DNA from: a virus | DNA length: 64,000 nt | Virus record (IMG/VR): IMGVR_UViG_3300042869_001157 | Location: 2,598 to 66,597 of that record | Strand: one strand, 5' to 3' | Part shown: piece by piece, positions 39,710 to 48,488 of the stretch | How the letters are laid out: the number at the start of each line of letters is the position of its first letter | How positions within the stretch are numbered: position 1 is the stretch's first letter | Notes under the pieces: model-generated | Seen by the model: the letters and a program-made list of their open reading frames with translations, nothing else | Told to the model about the DNA's origin: nothing | Database searches by the model: none | Position numbers and translations under genes: made by a program

Positions 39710-42700
39710 ATGAAATCTACATCGTCCAGCACATATAAGAAGATGCGGGCGTTGCGGGAAGCCCAAAAATTAGGTTGTTCTGGCGCTCATCAAAATAGCG
39801 ATGGCCGCTGGATGCCTTGTTCTTCGCATGACAAATTAACTCAAGTCGCCCCAGTGATTGCTTCTGCCAGTAGGGATGCCATATCTCAAAATCGTGGAAA
39901 AAGAACCCTAAAGGGCTCTAACAAGATTAAGAAACAATGGGAGAACCTCGGTCAAAGTGGCATCCTCAATTTAGGCAACGTCGCTGGCGGCGGGTTAGTG
40001 GCTGGTAGTCCTACAGGGAATTTTGGTGGAGATGCTGCTGGCATGAGCGCCAAAGCATTACCCAATATTTTTGGTCCACGCGATCAAGACGTTGATGTTT
40101 TCACTGACATTGAATCTGCCAGACAGCGTTCGCGTCAATTAGGTTGCGTTGGTGTTAGTCGACGCATCTCCAAAACTGGAGCGACAGTCTGGATGCCCTG
40201 CACAAACATGTCTGATTATTCGTCGCTTGCTGGAACAACCAGCCTGGGCAGACGTCATCAAAAAGAACGTTTAGAGCGAGTCATTAATGCCGCCATTGAA
40301 AAGAAACTAAAAAAGAACAATAAACGTAATAAGAAATCTCTTGCTGGTGATATCAATTTCAAAGCACTTGGCGGTGGCTTGGGTGGAAACCTGAACCGTC
40401 CTGCATTCTTTGATCCCAACGCATGGGACGGAGACAACGACGGTCGCGTACAAGACAACACGCCATTTGAACGCCCATCCATTCCTGGAGTCAACGGACT
40501 GCCCGTGAGTGGGATGAGAAGTGTCAGTAAACCGAGACTGAACATAGATGAAGCGCAACGGGAAAGCATAGAAAGCGGCGACACCGCATTTGATGAACTG
40601 GTACTTTCTAAAAAAGCAAAAAAGTATGCCCGAAAATATTTGAAATTATTTGAATCAACTTTTGAACCAATTGATGAAAAATATCGCTATATGGACGATG
40701 ACGAAATTATCGATCTAATCAGAAGTAGCATGCCCGCATCTGCCGAAGAACTAAAACAATTAGTCCGCACAAATCCATTCACAAAAAACAAAGCAAGAAC
40801 TGCATGGAGCCGACTCATGCAGGCAAATCCAGACTTTGAAGCAACAGCCAAAATGCGTGATGCTTTCATTAAGCAAATCAAAGATAACCCTGGTGTTTTG
40901 GAAATGGTTCGTCGTTATGGCGTTCCACCAATTGTGGCCACAGAGTATGTTCCAGCATTGGCCTGGTATGGCAATAACACTGAAGGGTGGGGTGAAAGCG
41001 GTGGCGGCTGGGCCCATCTTGGTGTCATAGCAATGAACTATACGTGGGTTGAATTCGATCACGGGATGTCAATCGAAGATGCTGTACGCCACGAAATGGG
41101 TCACGCGTGGGAAGCAATGGCTGCAGTTCAAAATGATAAAGCAAGAGCACATTACGCTTTACAATTTTCTGAACTTTATGAAGGACTTATTCAAATGTCC
41201 AGGAATAAGGAAAAAGCATCCTCCTATCACGACGCCAAATGGGGTAATGAATCAGAGCATGCCTCAGCAGCAAAAATATCTGAGTATGCAACGACAGCAA
41301 GAATTGAATGGTTAGCAGAAACAATTGCTGCCCTAACTAGTTCCGACCCAAGTAAAAGAGCAAAAGTTGATGCTACTGCTAAAGAGAATATTAGCGAATC
41401 ATTCGGCATTGCACCTTGGGAAGTTGAACAAATATTCACTCCCATAGATGGTTCTGGAGGTTTTGCTAGCAGAATTTCTTCTTTGCCAAACAAACGTGAT
41501 TTAGATAACCCAAGTTTGAGTGATTTTCTTAAAAAAAGATATGAAATAGATGAAGATTCATTATCAGAATCTATGAAATGGGTTGAAAAAAATCCTGAGT
41601 ATTTATCGGATATGTCGCTATCCGTCCAGTTATCTTCCTCCCCAGGGGTTCAGAGTCAATACAGGCGATCAGTCGTTGAAGGATTCAGGTCATATAACTC
41701 ACAGGGACGCCAAGGTTCTGGTGGTAGAGAAATGGGCCAAAAAATACTCGGGCGTGTCAACCCAGAAGAATCCAATCAAGACGAACCAACATTATATTTC
41801 GTTGGTGGCACTACCGGTTCCGGAAAATCGACATTAGTAGCCAGAGGGGTAATGGACGGTGTGCCAAATCAAAGTTCTGCCGCGCATATTGATCCCGACG
41901 AAATAAAAACAGGGTTAGTTGGCTGGAATGGCGGGCAGGGGGCCAGTGCAGTGCATCAAGCCTCACGGGTTGCCACCGACAAAATCATGGATGATGCCGC
42001 ATTACAGCGAATGCATATGGTTGTCCAGGGTACGGGCAAGCGTCGCGAACATCTAACCAATATGCGCAGACGAGGATATAAGACTTCAGGTCATTTTGTG
42101 TGGATTCCTGATGATCTCGCAGATCAAAGAGTTGCGGAAAGGAAACGTAACGGCGGAGCGAATATACCGACATATTTTGGTTCGCAAATTGCGAGAGAAC
42201 TTAGAAGTGGGCCTGATTCTGTTTCTCGTCAGATAACTGACGGTCTTTATGATGAATTTTTTCTTTACGATAACAGTGGAGATGTCCCAAAACTTGTAGC
42301 CAAACGTTTAACGGATGGTTCGTTTGAAATATTGAATAATCAGGTGTTTAATTCTTTCTTTAGTCCAACTGGGGCAAAGTTTGTTCGTGATTATTGGGAG
42401 AGTAACTCTCCATCAAATAAAAAGAATTTAACCCGTACCGGAATGTCTAGCAGAAGAGGTCTTTCTTCGATGGGTGACAAAGTTGGGATGCGATCACGTC
42501 GTCTCGGCGAATGGGAAGATGTAACTGATTACGACAAATTTGGTGAATCAAGTATCGCTTTAAAAAATACTTATGGTGAAGATAGTCTGCGTGATCTCTC
42601 AGAAATTTTGGAAAGCGAACAATCATCTATTAAGAAAGCAATTGCGCATTGGGAAAAAACTGGTGAATGGCTTGGTGAAGATTTCAATGTTTCTATGCCA

Positions 42701-45700
42701 AGAACACCAAATGCGAAATCTGGAATAACAAAAAATCATACTGCCGAAAGTCTGTTAAAAAATCAGACAAAAGAACAAATGAAAAATAACTTTGATTTGT
42801 ATTTAAATAACATTGATGCTCAACTAAAGCATGTTCGTGGGCGACTAAAGAATATTGAAGAAATAAATAATGGCGCTGAACCATTGCACATCAATTTTGC
42901 TACTTTGCGTGACATGCCGGATTTTGATGCTTTAGTAAAACGTGGGAAAGAAATTAATAACTTGAGATATGGAGACGAAAATCCACTTATTTCAGATGAT
43001 TATATTTATTTAACACATACTGGTCATCCAGAACTTGAAAATGGCATTCTTGACCCCAACTTTAGCCTTGACGCTGGTGGTGGAGGCATCCCTGGTCGTG
43101 GATCAATGGATACAAAACGTTTAAATAAAGTCGGCAGGGACATGATTGTCCGAAAGTACGAAACGGCAGAGAAAGACCTGACCGCATGGCAGGAAGTTGT
43201 TGATCATTTTAGTAAAACTGGTGAATGGCGTGGAGCAAAATTGGCTAAATCACTTCAATTGGGAGCACAAAAACCCACTGGAAGAATTTTTAATGACTAC
43301 AGTGCCGATGATTTAGACAATAAAATTTCTTCAGAGTACCTTCTTGATCAAGCATCCAACAGTATTGACTTCAACAAAGAAGTTCTTCAAAGATTAAGCA
43401 AGCAGTACGGTCCTGCTAAACGTAATGAAGAACATTTAAGTTACGAATTTGCTGGCAGTGGACCAAATTTTGGTTATAGCCGACGAGACACCCCCAGCAG
43501 TAAGACTTATCTTGTAAGAGTTCCTCGCGATGAGGCAACTACAGAGGCTGGACCGTCCACAATGGGGGAATTCCAAGTTTTCGGTCAACTCAAACCTGTT
43601 GCTTCATTTGAATTCCCAAGCAATATCAATGATTGGGACACCAACGCTGCCGCTACTGCTTATTTTGAAAAAATAGCGTTAAAAAATGAAGGAATTGCCA
43701 CTTCTGGTATGCGTTCACGAAATCAACTTGGACAATCTATAGAAAAAGATGAGATTTTCGGAGGTTCAGTATTCTCTGGATTCACTCCACGAAATCCGCT
43801 TACAACAAGGGACCTAAACAACAATAATTTGCGTATGGCAGAAATGATTTCGATACATGTCGACCCTCGTATTGATTTCAAAAACAGAAACATGGATTAT
43901 GCAAACCTTACAAGAGCACATTTGGGTGGAATTGACTTAACAGAGTCATCGTTGTTTAGTTCCAACTTAAGTAATCTCAATGGTTCTGGAGTCATATTTG
44001 GCAAAACAAATTCCAAACCTGCTGATTTACGTTACTCAATATTGAGTGCAGCACAAATGCCAAATTCCCAATTTGAGGGAGTTGATTTATCTGGCGCACT
44101 AATGATTTCAACAAATTTCAACAAAGCGAATTTAAAAAATACCAATTTTGAAAATGCCGTCTTATGGAATTCAGATTTTCGTGGTGCGGATTTGCGTGGA
44201 TCGAATATTACCGTAGAGCAGTTAATGAATTCAAAATTTGATTCAACAACCAAATTGCCTGAAGGTATGTCGTTGCCAATTGCGGAGAATAATGGGACCA
44301 ATACGCAAAAACCATCAACTCACAAGATTCCTCTTGGTGTTATTGGCAACGATGATGCCGATTTGCTTCGTAAAAATCTTGTTGATGGTGTTTTGAAAAT
44401 TGATGGGCCGCTAGATGCCAAGAAACTTGAATTATTACGTAGAAATTTGAGTAAATCAGAAATTTCCAATACTGATTTACGACGATCAACCTTTAATGAA
44501 AGCACTTTTTTTAATTCAACAATGGCAAATGTGGATTTAACTGGAAGTTCTTTGTTTAAATCAAACTTCAATAAGAGTACATTGAACAATATAAAATTTA
44601 ATCATGCAAATTTGGTTGGTGCTAATTTTAGAAATGCAATAATTGGTCGAAATGTCTCATTCAAGGGCGCAAATCTTACTGACGCAAATTTTGCTGATGC
44701 TAAAATACAAGGCAAGATAGACTTGTCTGGTGCCGATCTTACCGGAGCGATATTAGATGGTGTGGATTTGCGTGATGCCATAGTTGATAGTCAGACAAAA
44801 CTTGATGGCGCTATTGGTCTTGACAGGAATAAAACACCTAAAATGGTTGTCCGTGGTTTGAGATCACGTAATTATTCTGATATGTCGACAGAAGATTTAA
44901 TAAATACTCCAGGCAATGTTCTTTTGTCTGATGCCAATGATGCATTGCTAGAAATTGGCAAGATGAGTAATGCCAAGCGTCCAGATGCAAACATTGATCC
45001 CCTAGTATCTAAAATACAAATTATTTATGGACATCTTAATGATGTTCCTGGAATCAATGAAGATTTCTCTATCAAGAATTCTGAGTTAGATAATCAAATA
45101 TCTGCAGTAAATAACATTATTGATCAGTTTGGAACATTCAAATTCGGTGATGGACAACCCATAGATGTTAGAAAATTCATTGAAAATAAAGATAAATCAG
45201 GATATGTCAAGGCAATTAAGTCTTCTGGACAAAATGTTCCACTCAGTATTCCAATTAATGAGTGGAATAAAATAAATTCTCAATTAATTGCACGCGATAT
45301 GTTGAATGATCGCAAAGAATTGTTATCTCCAACAACAAAGATAGTTAAAAGTAAACTGAATAGTTCTGTTGCTACAGAAGCGATGCTTTCTGACTATGGA
45401 ATTATGAGCAATATTAATAATCTTCCAGATTTTTCAATCGCTGAACCGATTCGTAAGAAGCGACCAACGCCTTCAATAGCCAGTGGTGAACTTGGGCCAA
45501 ATGAAATGTTGATTTATAACTCCAATAACCGTCCAACAATTTCCAAAATACCTAAATCACAAAGAATTGAACAATCGATCAATCGTGTAAACGGTATGGC
45601 GAGCAGATCGAAGCCAACTTCTGAAACAGGGAGAGCAAATAGGTCAGAAGAAATCTATAAAACTGTTTCTGATGCACTCATTGCAGCCCTAGAGGAATCT

Positions 45701-46555
45701 GTTGATGGGAATTGGGAACGTCCTTGGAATTTGGGGACGACAATTCCAAGAAACGCTTCCACTGGCAGACAATATGGCGGGTTTAATGTCATCCTTTTTT
45801 CTCTTGTCCAACAGAATCGTAAATACGAGTATCCTGTATGGGCCACATACAAGCAATGGGAAGCACTTGGCGCCCAAGTTCAAAGAGGCGAAAGGGGTTT
45901 GACCGGAATTAAGTGGGTTTCTCGCGAACGCGACGTCAAACTCCCAGATGGCACCCCGACCAAGGATACGTTCTTGACCCCTAGTGCCTTCACGGTTTTT
46001 AATATTGCCCAAGTTACTGGGGCGAATCCAGATGATTTCCTCCCTCCAAGGCTTTCTCCAGAAGAAAGAATTCCTGCTCTAGAAGAAATCTTTGGACAAA
46101 TTCTTCCCAATATTAAAACAATCAATGGAGATTCTGCATACTATAGTCCGGCTAGTGACTACATCAATATGCCCCCGTTCTCAGCCTTTAATGACCCAAG
46201 CGCATACTATGCAACACTTTCTCACGAATTGATTCACTGGACAGGAAATAAAAAAAGAGCCGACCGCCCAAATATGAACCGATTTGGGACACCAGAATAT
46301 GCTTTTGAAGAATTAGTAGCAGAAATAGGTTCTGCTTATCTAATGGCACTCCTTGGGATGGAAGCAACACCTCAAAAACAACACGCCCAATATTTGAAAT
46401 CATGGATCGAAATATTAAAAGATGACCCTACCGCAATTCAACGTGCCGCAAGCCAAGCACAAAAAGCAGTAGATTATCTTATTGCTCAATCACCAAAACT
46501 ACAAGAATTATCGACGCCTATTAACATTTCACAAAATTTAGTGGAAGAAGCCTGA
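39710..46555 (+). CDS. Giant multidomain protein (2281 aa): two GCxG...WMPC motifs, zincin, zeta-toxin-like P-loop kinase, pentapeptide repeats and a C-terminal ArdC-like antirestriction domain
   Basis: RHEMGH...SEYA...EWLAE at about 41087-41320. LYFVGGTTGSGKST...IDPDEIK at about 41790. Pentapeptide repeats at about 43890-44810. WERPW...PRNASTGRQYGGFN...WATYKQW...AYYSP..DYINMP...HELIHWTG...YAFEELVAEIGSA at about 45710-46340 is the classic ArdC pattern. Confidence 0.85.
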   Translation: MKSTSSSTYKKMRALREAQKLGCSGAHQNSDGRWMPCSSHDKLTQVAPVIASASRDAISQNRGKRTLKGSNKIKKQWENLGQSGILNLGNVAGGGLVAGSPTGNFGGDAAGMSAKALPNIFGPRDQDVDVFTDIESARQRSRQLGCVGVSRRISKTGATVWMPCTNMSDYSSLAGTTSLGRRHQKERLERVINAAIEKKLKKNNKRNKKSLAGDINFKALGGGLGGNLNRPAFFDPNAWDGDNDGRVQDNTPFERPSIPGVNGLPVSGMRSVSKPRLNIDEAQRESIESGDTAFDELVLSKKAKKYARKYLKLFESTFEPIDEKYRYMDDDEIIDLIRSSMPASAEELKQLVRTNPFTKNKARTAWSRLMQANPDFEATAKMRDAFIKQIKDNPGVLEMVRRYGVPPIVATEYVPALAWYGNNTEGWGESGGGWAHLGVIAMNYTWVEFDHGMSIEDAVRHEMGHAWEAMAAVQNDKARAHYALQFSELYEGLIQMSRNKEKASSYHDAKWGNESEHASAAKISEYATTARIEWLAETIAALTSSDPSKRAKVDATAKENISESFGIAPWEVEQIFTPIDGSGGFASRISSLPNKRDLDNPSLSDFLKKRYEIDEDSLSESMKWVEKNPEYLSDMSLSVQLSSSPGVQSQYRRSVVEGFRSYNSQGRQGSGGREMGQKILGRVNPEESNQDEPTLYFVGGTTGSGKSTLVARGVMDGVPNQSSAAHIDPDEIKTGLVGWNGGQGASAVHQASRVATDKIMDDAALQRMHMVVQGTGKRREHLTNMRRRGYKTSGHFVWIPDDLADQRVAERKRNGGANIPTYFGSQIARELRSGPDSVSRQITDGLYDEFFLYDNSGDVPKLVAKRLTDGSFEILNNQVFNSFFSPTGAKFVRDYWESNSPSNKKNLTRTGMSSRRGLSSMGDKVGMRSRRLGEWEDVTDYDKFGESSIALKNTYGEDSLRDLSEILESEQSSIKKAIAHWEKTGEWLGEDFNVSMPRTPNAKSGITKNHTAESLLKNQTKEQMKNNFDLYLNNIDAQLKHVRGRLKNIEEINNGAEPLHINFATLRDMPDFDALVKRGKEINNLRYGDENPLISDDYIYLTHTGHPELENGILDPNFSLDAGGGGIPGRGSMDTKRLNKVGRDMIVRKYETAEKDLTAWQEVVDHFSKTGEWRGAKLAKSLQLGAQKPTGRIFNDYSADDLDNKISSEYLLDQASNSIDFNKEVLQRLSKQYGPAKRNEEHLSYEFAGSGPNFGYSRRDTPSSKTYLVRVPRDEATTEAGPSTMGEFQVFGQLKPVASFEFPSNINDWDTNAAATAYFEKIALKNEGIATSGMRSRNQLGQSIEKDEIFGGSVFSGFTPRNPLTTRDLNNNNLRMAEMISIHVDPRIDFKNRNMDYANLTRAHLGGIDLTESSLFSSNLSNLNGSGVIFGKTNSKPADLRYSILSAAQMPNSQFEGVDLSGALMISTNFNKANLKNTNFENAVLWNSDFRGADLRGSNITVEQLMNSKFDSTTKLPEGMSLPIAENNGTNTQKPSTHKIPLGVIGNDDADLLRKNLVDGVLKIDGPLDAKKLELLRRNLSKSEISNTDLRRSTFNESTFFNSTMANVDLTGSSLFKSNFNKSTLNNIKFNHANLVGANFRNAIIGRNVSFKGANLTDANFADAKIQGKIDLSGADLTGAILDGVDLRDAIVDSQTKLDGAIGLDRNKTPKMVVRGLRSRNYSDMSTEDLINTPGNVLLSDANDALLEIGKMSNAKRPDANIDPLVSKIQIIYGHLNDVPGINEDFSIKNSELDNQISAVNNIIDQFGTFKFGDGQPIDVRKFIENKDKSGYVKAIKSSGQNVPLSIPINEWNKINSQLIARDMLNDRKELLSPTTKIVKSKLNSSVATEAMLSDYGIMSNINNLPDFSIAEPIRKKRPTPSIASGELGPNEMLIYNSNNRPTISKIPKSQRIEQSINRVNGMASRSKPTSETGRANRSEEIYKTVSDALIAALEESVDGNWERPWNLGTTIPRNASTGRQYGGFNVILFSLVQQNRKYEYPVWATYKQWEALGAQVQRGERGLTGIKWVSRERDVKLPDGTPTKDTFLTPSAFTVFNIAQVTGANPDDFLPPRLSPEERIPALEEIFGQILPNIKTINGDSAYYSPASDYINMPPFSAFNDPSAYYATLSHELIHWTGNKKRADRPNMNRFGTPEYAFEELVAEIGSAYLMALLGMEATPQKQHAQYLKSWIEILKDDPTAIQRAASQAQKAVDYLIAQSPKLQELSTPINISQNLVEEA

Positions 46556-46556
46556 C

Positions 46557-46760
46557 ATGCTGCAACGACCAAAAGGACCAAACGGTTCATTTACGGATGA
46601 TCAAATTAGAAAAGCAAAAGCGTACGCCTTAGAAGTAAACGCCGCCGCATTTAACATGCCAGAAAAAAGCCAAACACTGTTAGAAAAGATCAAAAAAACG
46701 TTCCGACGCAACATTGTTAAACGCACGGAATCAGTAGAACCAGAAAATAGTCGTCATTAA
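46557..46760 (+). CDS. Small hypothetical protein
   Basis: 67-aa ORF starting 1 nt after the upstream stop. Confidence 0.5.
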   Translation: MLQRPKGPNGSFTDDQIRKAKAYALEVNAAAFNMPEKSQTLLEKIKKTFRRNIVKRTESVEPENSRH

Positions 46761-46892
46761 ATAAAATACTGATAAAATTTGCTATTGTTGCACTAAAGTA
46801 GCAGCATAATAATGTAGTTTAGTAAGACAGGGCTGGGTGCTTACCTAAGCCAAGCAAACAACAACCCAACAACCCTCAACTAGGAGTAAAAA

Positions 46893-48200
46893 ATGTCACA
46901 AGACACCGCTCGCCTGAACGAATTGCAGACCGCACTTCGTCAGAAGATGACCGACAATAAGGCCATCGCAGATTCATTCAAAATTGAAAACGGCACCGTC
47001 GTAGTTTCAGCCGCTCAAAAGTCAGCATTCGACGTCAACATGAAGGACATCAAGGAAATTAAAAGCCTTATCGATGGCCTTCAGGGTATGAGTGCTGCTG
47101 AAGAGTGGAACCGCTCGGGATACTCTTCCGTCGGTGGCTCGGCTGCTGCAGGTGCATCGTACAACGGTCGCACCTCATTCAAGTCAATCGGTGATGAGTT
47201 CATCCAGTCCGCAGAATTCAAGTCACTCAACGGTGGCCGCAATGGCGCGAACATGACCTCACCATTCACAACCAATGCAGTTCTCACCGGTTCATACAAC
47301 CAGAAGGACATGTACTCGGCCCTCCCGACCGGAACCCCCGGAACGTTTGGCGCTGTTCAGCGTGACCCTATCGTTGTTCCTCCGATGCGCACCAAGCGTG
47401 TTCGTGACTTGTTCCCGGTTCGTACCACAACCGCACAAGTTATTGAATACTTCCGTATGACTGGTTTCGCCAATAACGCTGCTGCAGTTGCACAGCGCAA
47501 CAACGACAACACCAACTTCGGTGTCAAGCCGCAGTCGTCATTCACCTTCGTAGGCGAGCAGGCTCCGGTCCGCACCATCGCTCACTGGGAAGCCGCACAC
47601 CGCAACGTTCTTGCTGACGAACCGCAATTGCGTTCGATCATCGACAACGAATTGATGTACGGTCTTCGTTTGCAGGAAGATGCACAGATTCTTGCTGGTG
47701 ACGGTACTGGTGAAAACCTTCAGGGTGTTTTGACTACTACCGGCATTCAGGAATACGACTGGTCATCAGGTGCCACCCTCCCCGTAGTCGACACCAAGGC
47801 TGACGCGATTCGTCGTGCCGCAACCTTGTCGTTCCTCGCCTACTACGAGCCAACCGGCATCGTTATGCACCCGAACGACTGGGAAGACATCGAATTGACC
47901 AAGGATTCACAAGGTCAGTACCTCGTAGCGGTTTCGGTCGCTATGGGTGGCGAGCCCAAGTTGTGGCGTATCCCGATTGTCGAAACTCCAGCCATCGCCG
48001 AAGGTACCGCACTTGTCGGTGCATTCGGTACCGGCGCACAGTTGTACGACCGTGAGCAGGCCAGTATCCGTATCAGCGAACAGCACAGCGACTTCTTCGT
48101 CCGTAACGCCATTGTGGTGTTGGCCGAACAGCGTTTGGCTCTTGCTGTTAAGCGTCCGGAAGCATTCGTCAAGGTTAACTTCGACGCCAAGCCTGCCTGA
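46893..48200 (+). CDS. Major capsid protein, HK97 fold
   Basis: N-terminal coiled-coil delta-like region. Motifs VRDLFP, VRTIAHW, LRSIIDNELMYGL..QEDAQILAGDG, VMHPNDW, LWRIPIV and FVRNAIVVLAEQRLALAVKRPEAF. RBS AGGAG and strongly biased codons. Confidence 0.96.
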   Translation: MSQDTARLNELQTALRQKMTDNKAIADSFKIENGTVVVSAAQKSAFDVNMKDIKEIKSLIDGLQGMSAAEEWNRSGYSSVGGSAAAGASYNGRTSFKSIGDEFIQSAEFKSLNGGRNGANMTSPFTTNAVLTGSYNQKDMYSALPTGTPGTFGAVQRDPIVVPPMRTKRVRDLFPVRTTTAQVIEYFRMTGFANNAAAVAQRNNDNTNFGVKPQSSFTFVGEQAPVRTIAHWEAAHRNVLADEPQLRSIIDNELMYGLRLQEDAQILAGDGTGENLQGVLTTTGIQEYDWSSGATLPVVDTKADAIRRAATLSFLAYYEPTGIVMHPNDWEDIELTKDSQGQYLVAVSVAMGGEPKLWRIPIVETPAIAEGTALVGAFGTGAQLYDREQASIRISEQHSDFFVRNAIVVLAEQRLALAVKRPEAFVKVNFDAKPA

Positions 48201-48223
48201 TAAGCAAACAAAATAATTAGTGT

Positions 48224-48268
48224 GAAACCCCCCGGTTGGATGCGAATCCTCTGGGGGGTTTCTCATTT
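48224..48268 (+). terminator. Hairpin after the major capsid gene, probable intrinsic terminator
   Basis: GAAACCCCCC...GGGGGGTTTC inverted repeat at 48224-48262, followed by TCATTT. Confidence 0.7.
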
Positions 48269-48303
48269 ATAACTACAAAACTTGTGAGATAATAAGAAGT
48301 GTT

Positions 48304-48480
48304 ATGGGAAAGCAAAATCATTTTGATGATGAAGATGACTTCAATTGGGAAGACATTGAACGCATCACTAAAAATTTTAAAGGTTCTGCAGATGACATTG
48401 AAGACATCATTTTCAATGAAGCACAACCGAAGAAAAAGAAAAAACAACAAATTTTTAAAACTAGATTTGATCAGGATTAA
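48304..48480 (+). CDS. Small charged hypothetical protein (58 aa, not in the ORF track)
   Basis: Manual translation MGKQNHFDDEDDFNWEDIERITKNFKG...KTRFDQD* fills the gap before 48489. Confidence 0.55.
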   Translation: MGKQNHFDDEDDFNWEDIERITKNFKGSADDIEDIIFNEAQPKKKKKQQIFKTRFDQD

Positions 48481-48488
48481 GGTGCTTC

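Noticed and set aside
6616-45610. Recurrent GGCATGCGTTCACG as a CRISPR-like array
   Set aside because: The unit is only about 14 bp, spacing is irregular (tens of bases to kilobases), copies are in frame within ORFs with synonymous variants, and no cas genes are visible.
6616-45610. Met of GMRSR acting as internal translation starts
   Set aside because: Met is often replaced by Phe, Leu or Val (TTC, CTA, TTA, GTT), and no consistent Shine-Dalgarno sequence precedes it.
4861-46555. Giant ORFs as tape-measure or tail-fibre proteins, or linkers as intein junctions
   Set aside because: No tape-measure or fibre repeat patterns and no Hint or HN-[CST] motifs were seen; the genes lie inside the head module.
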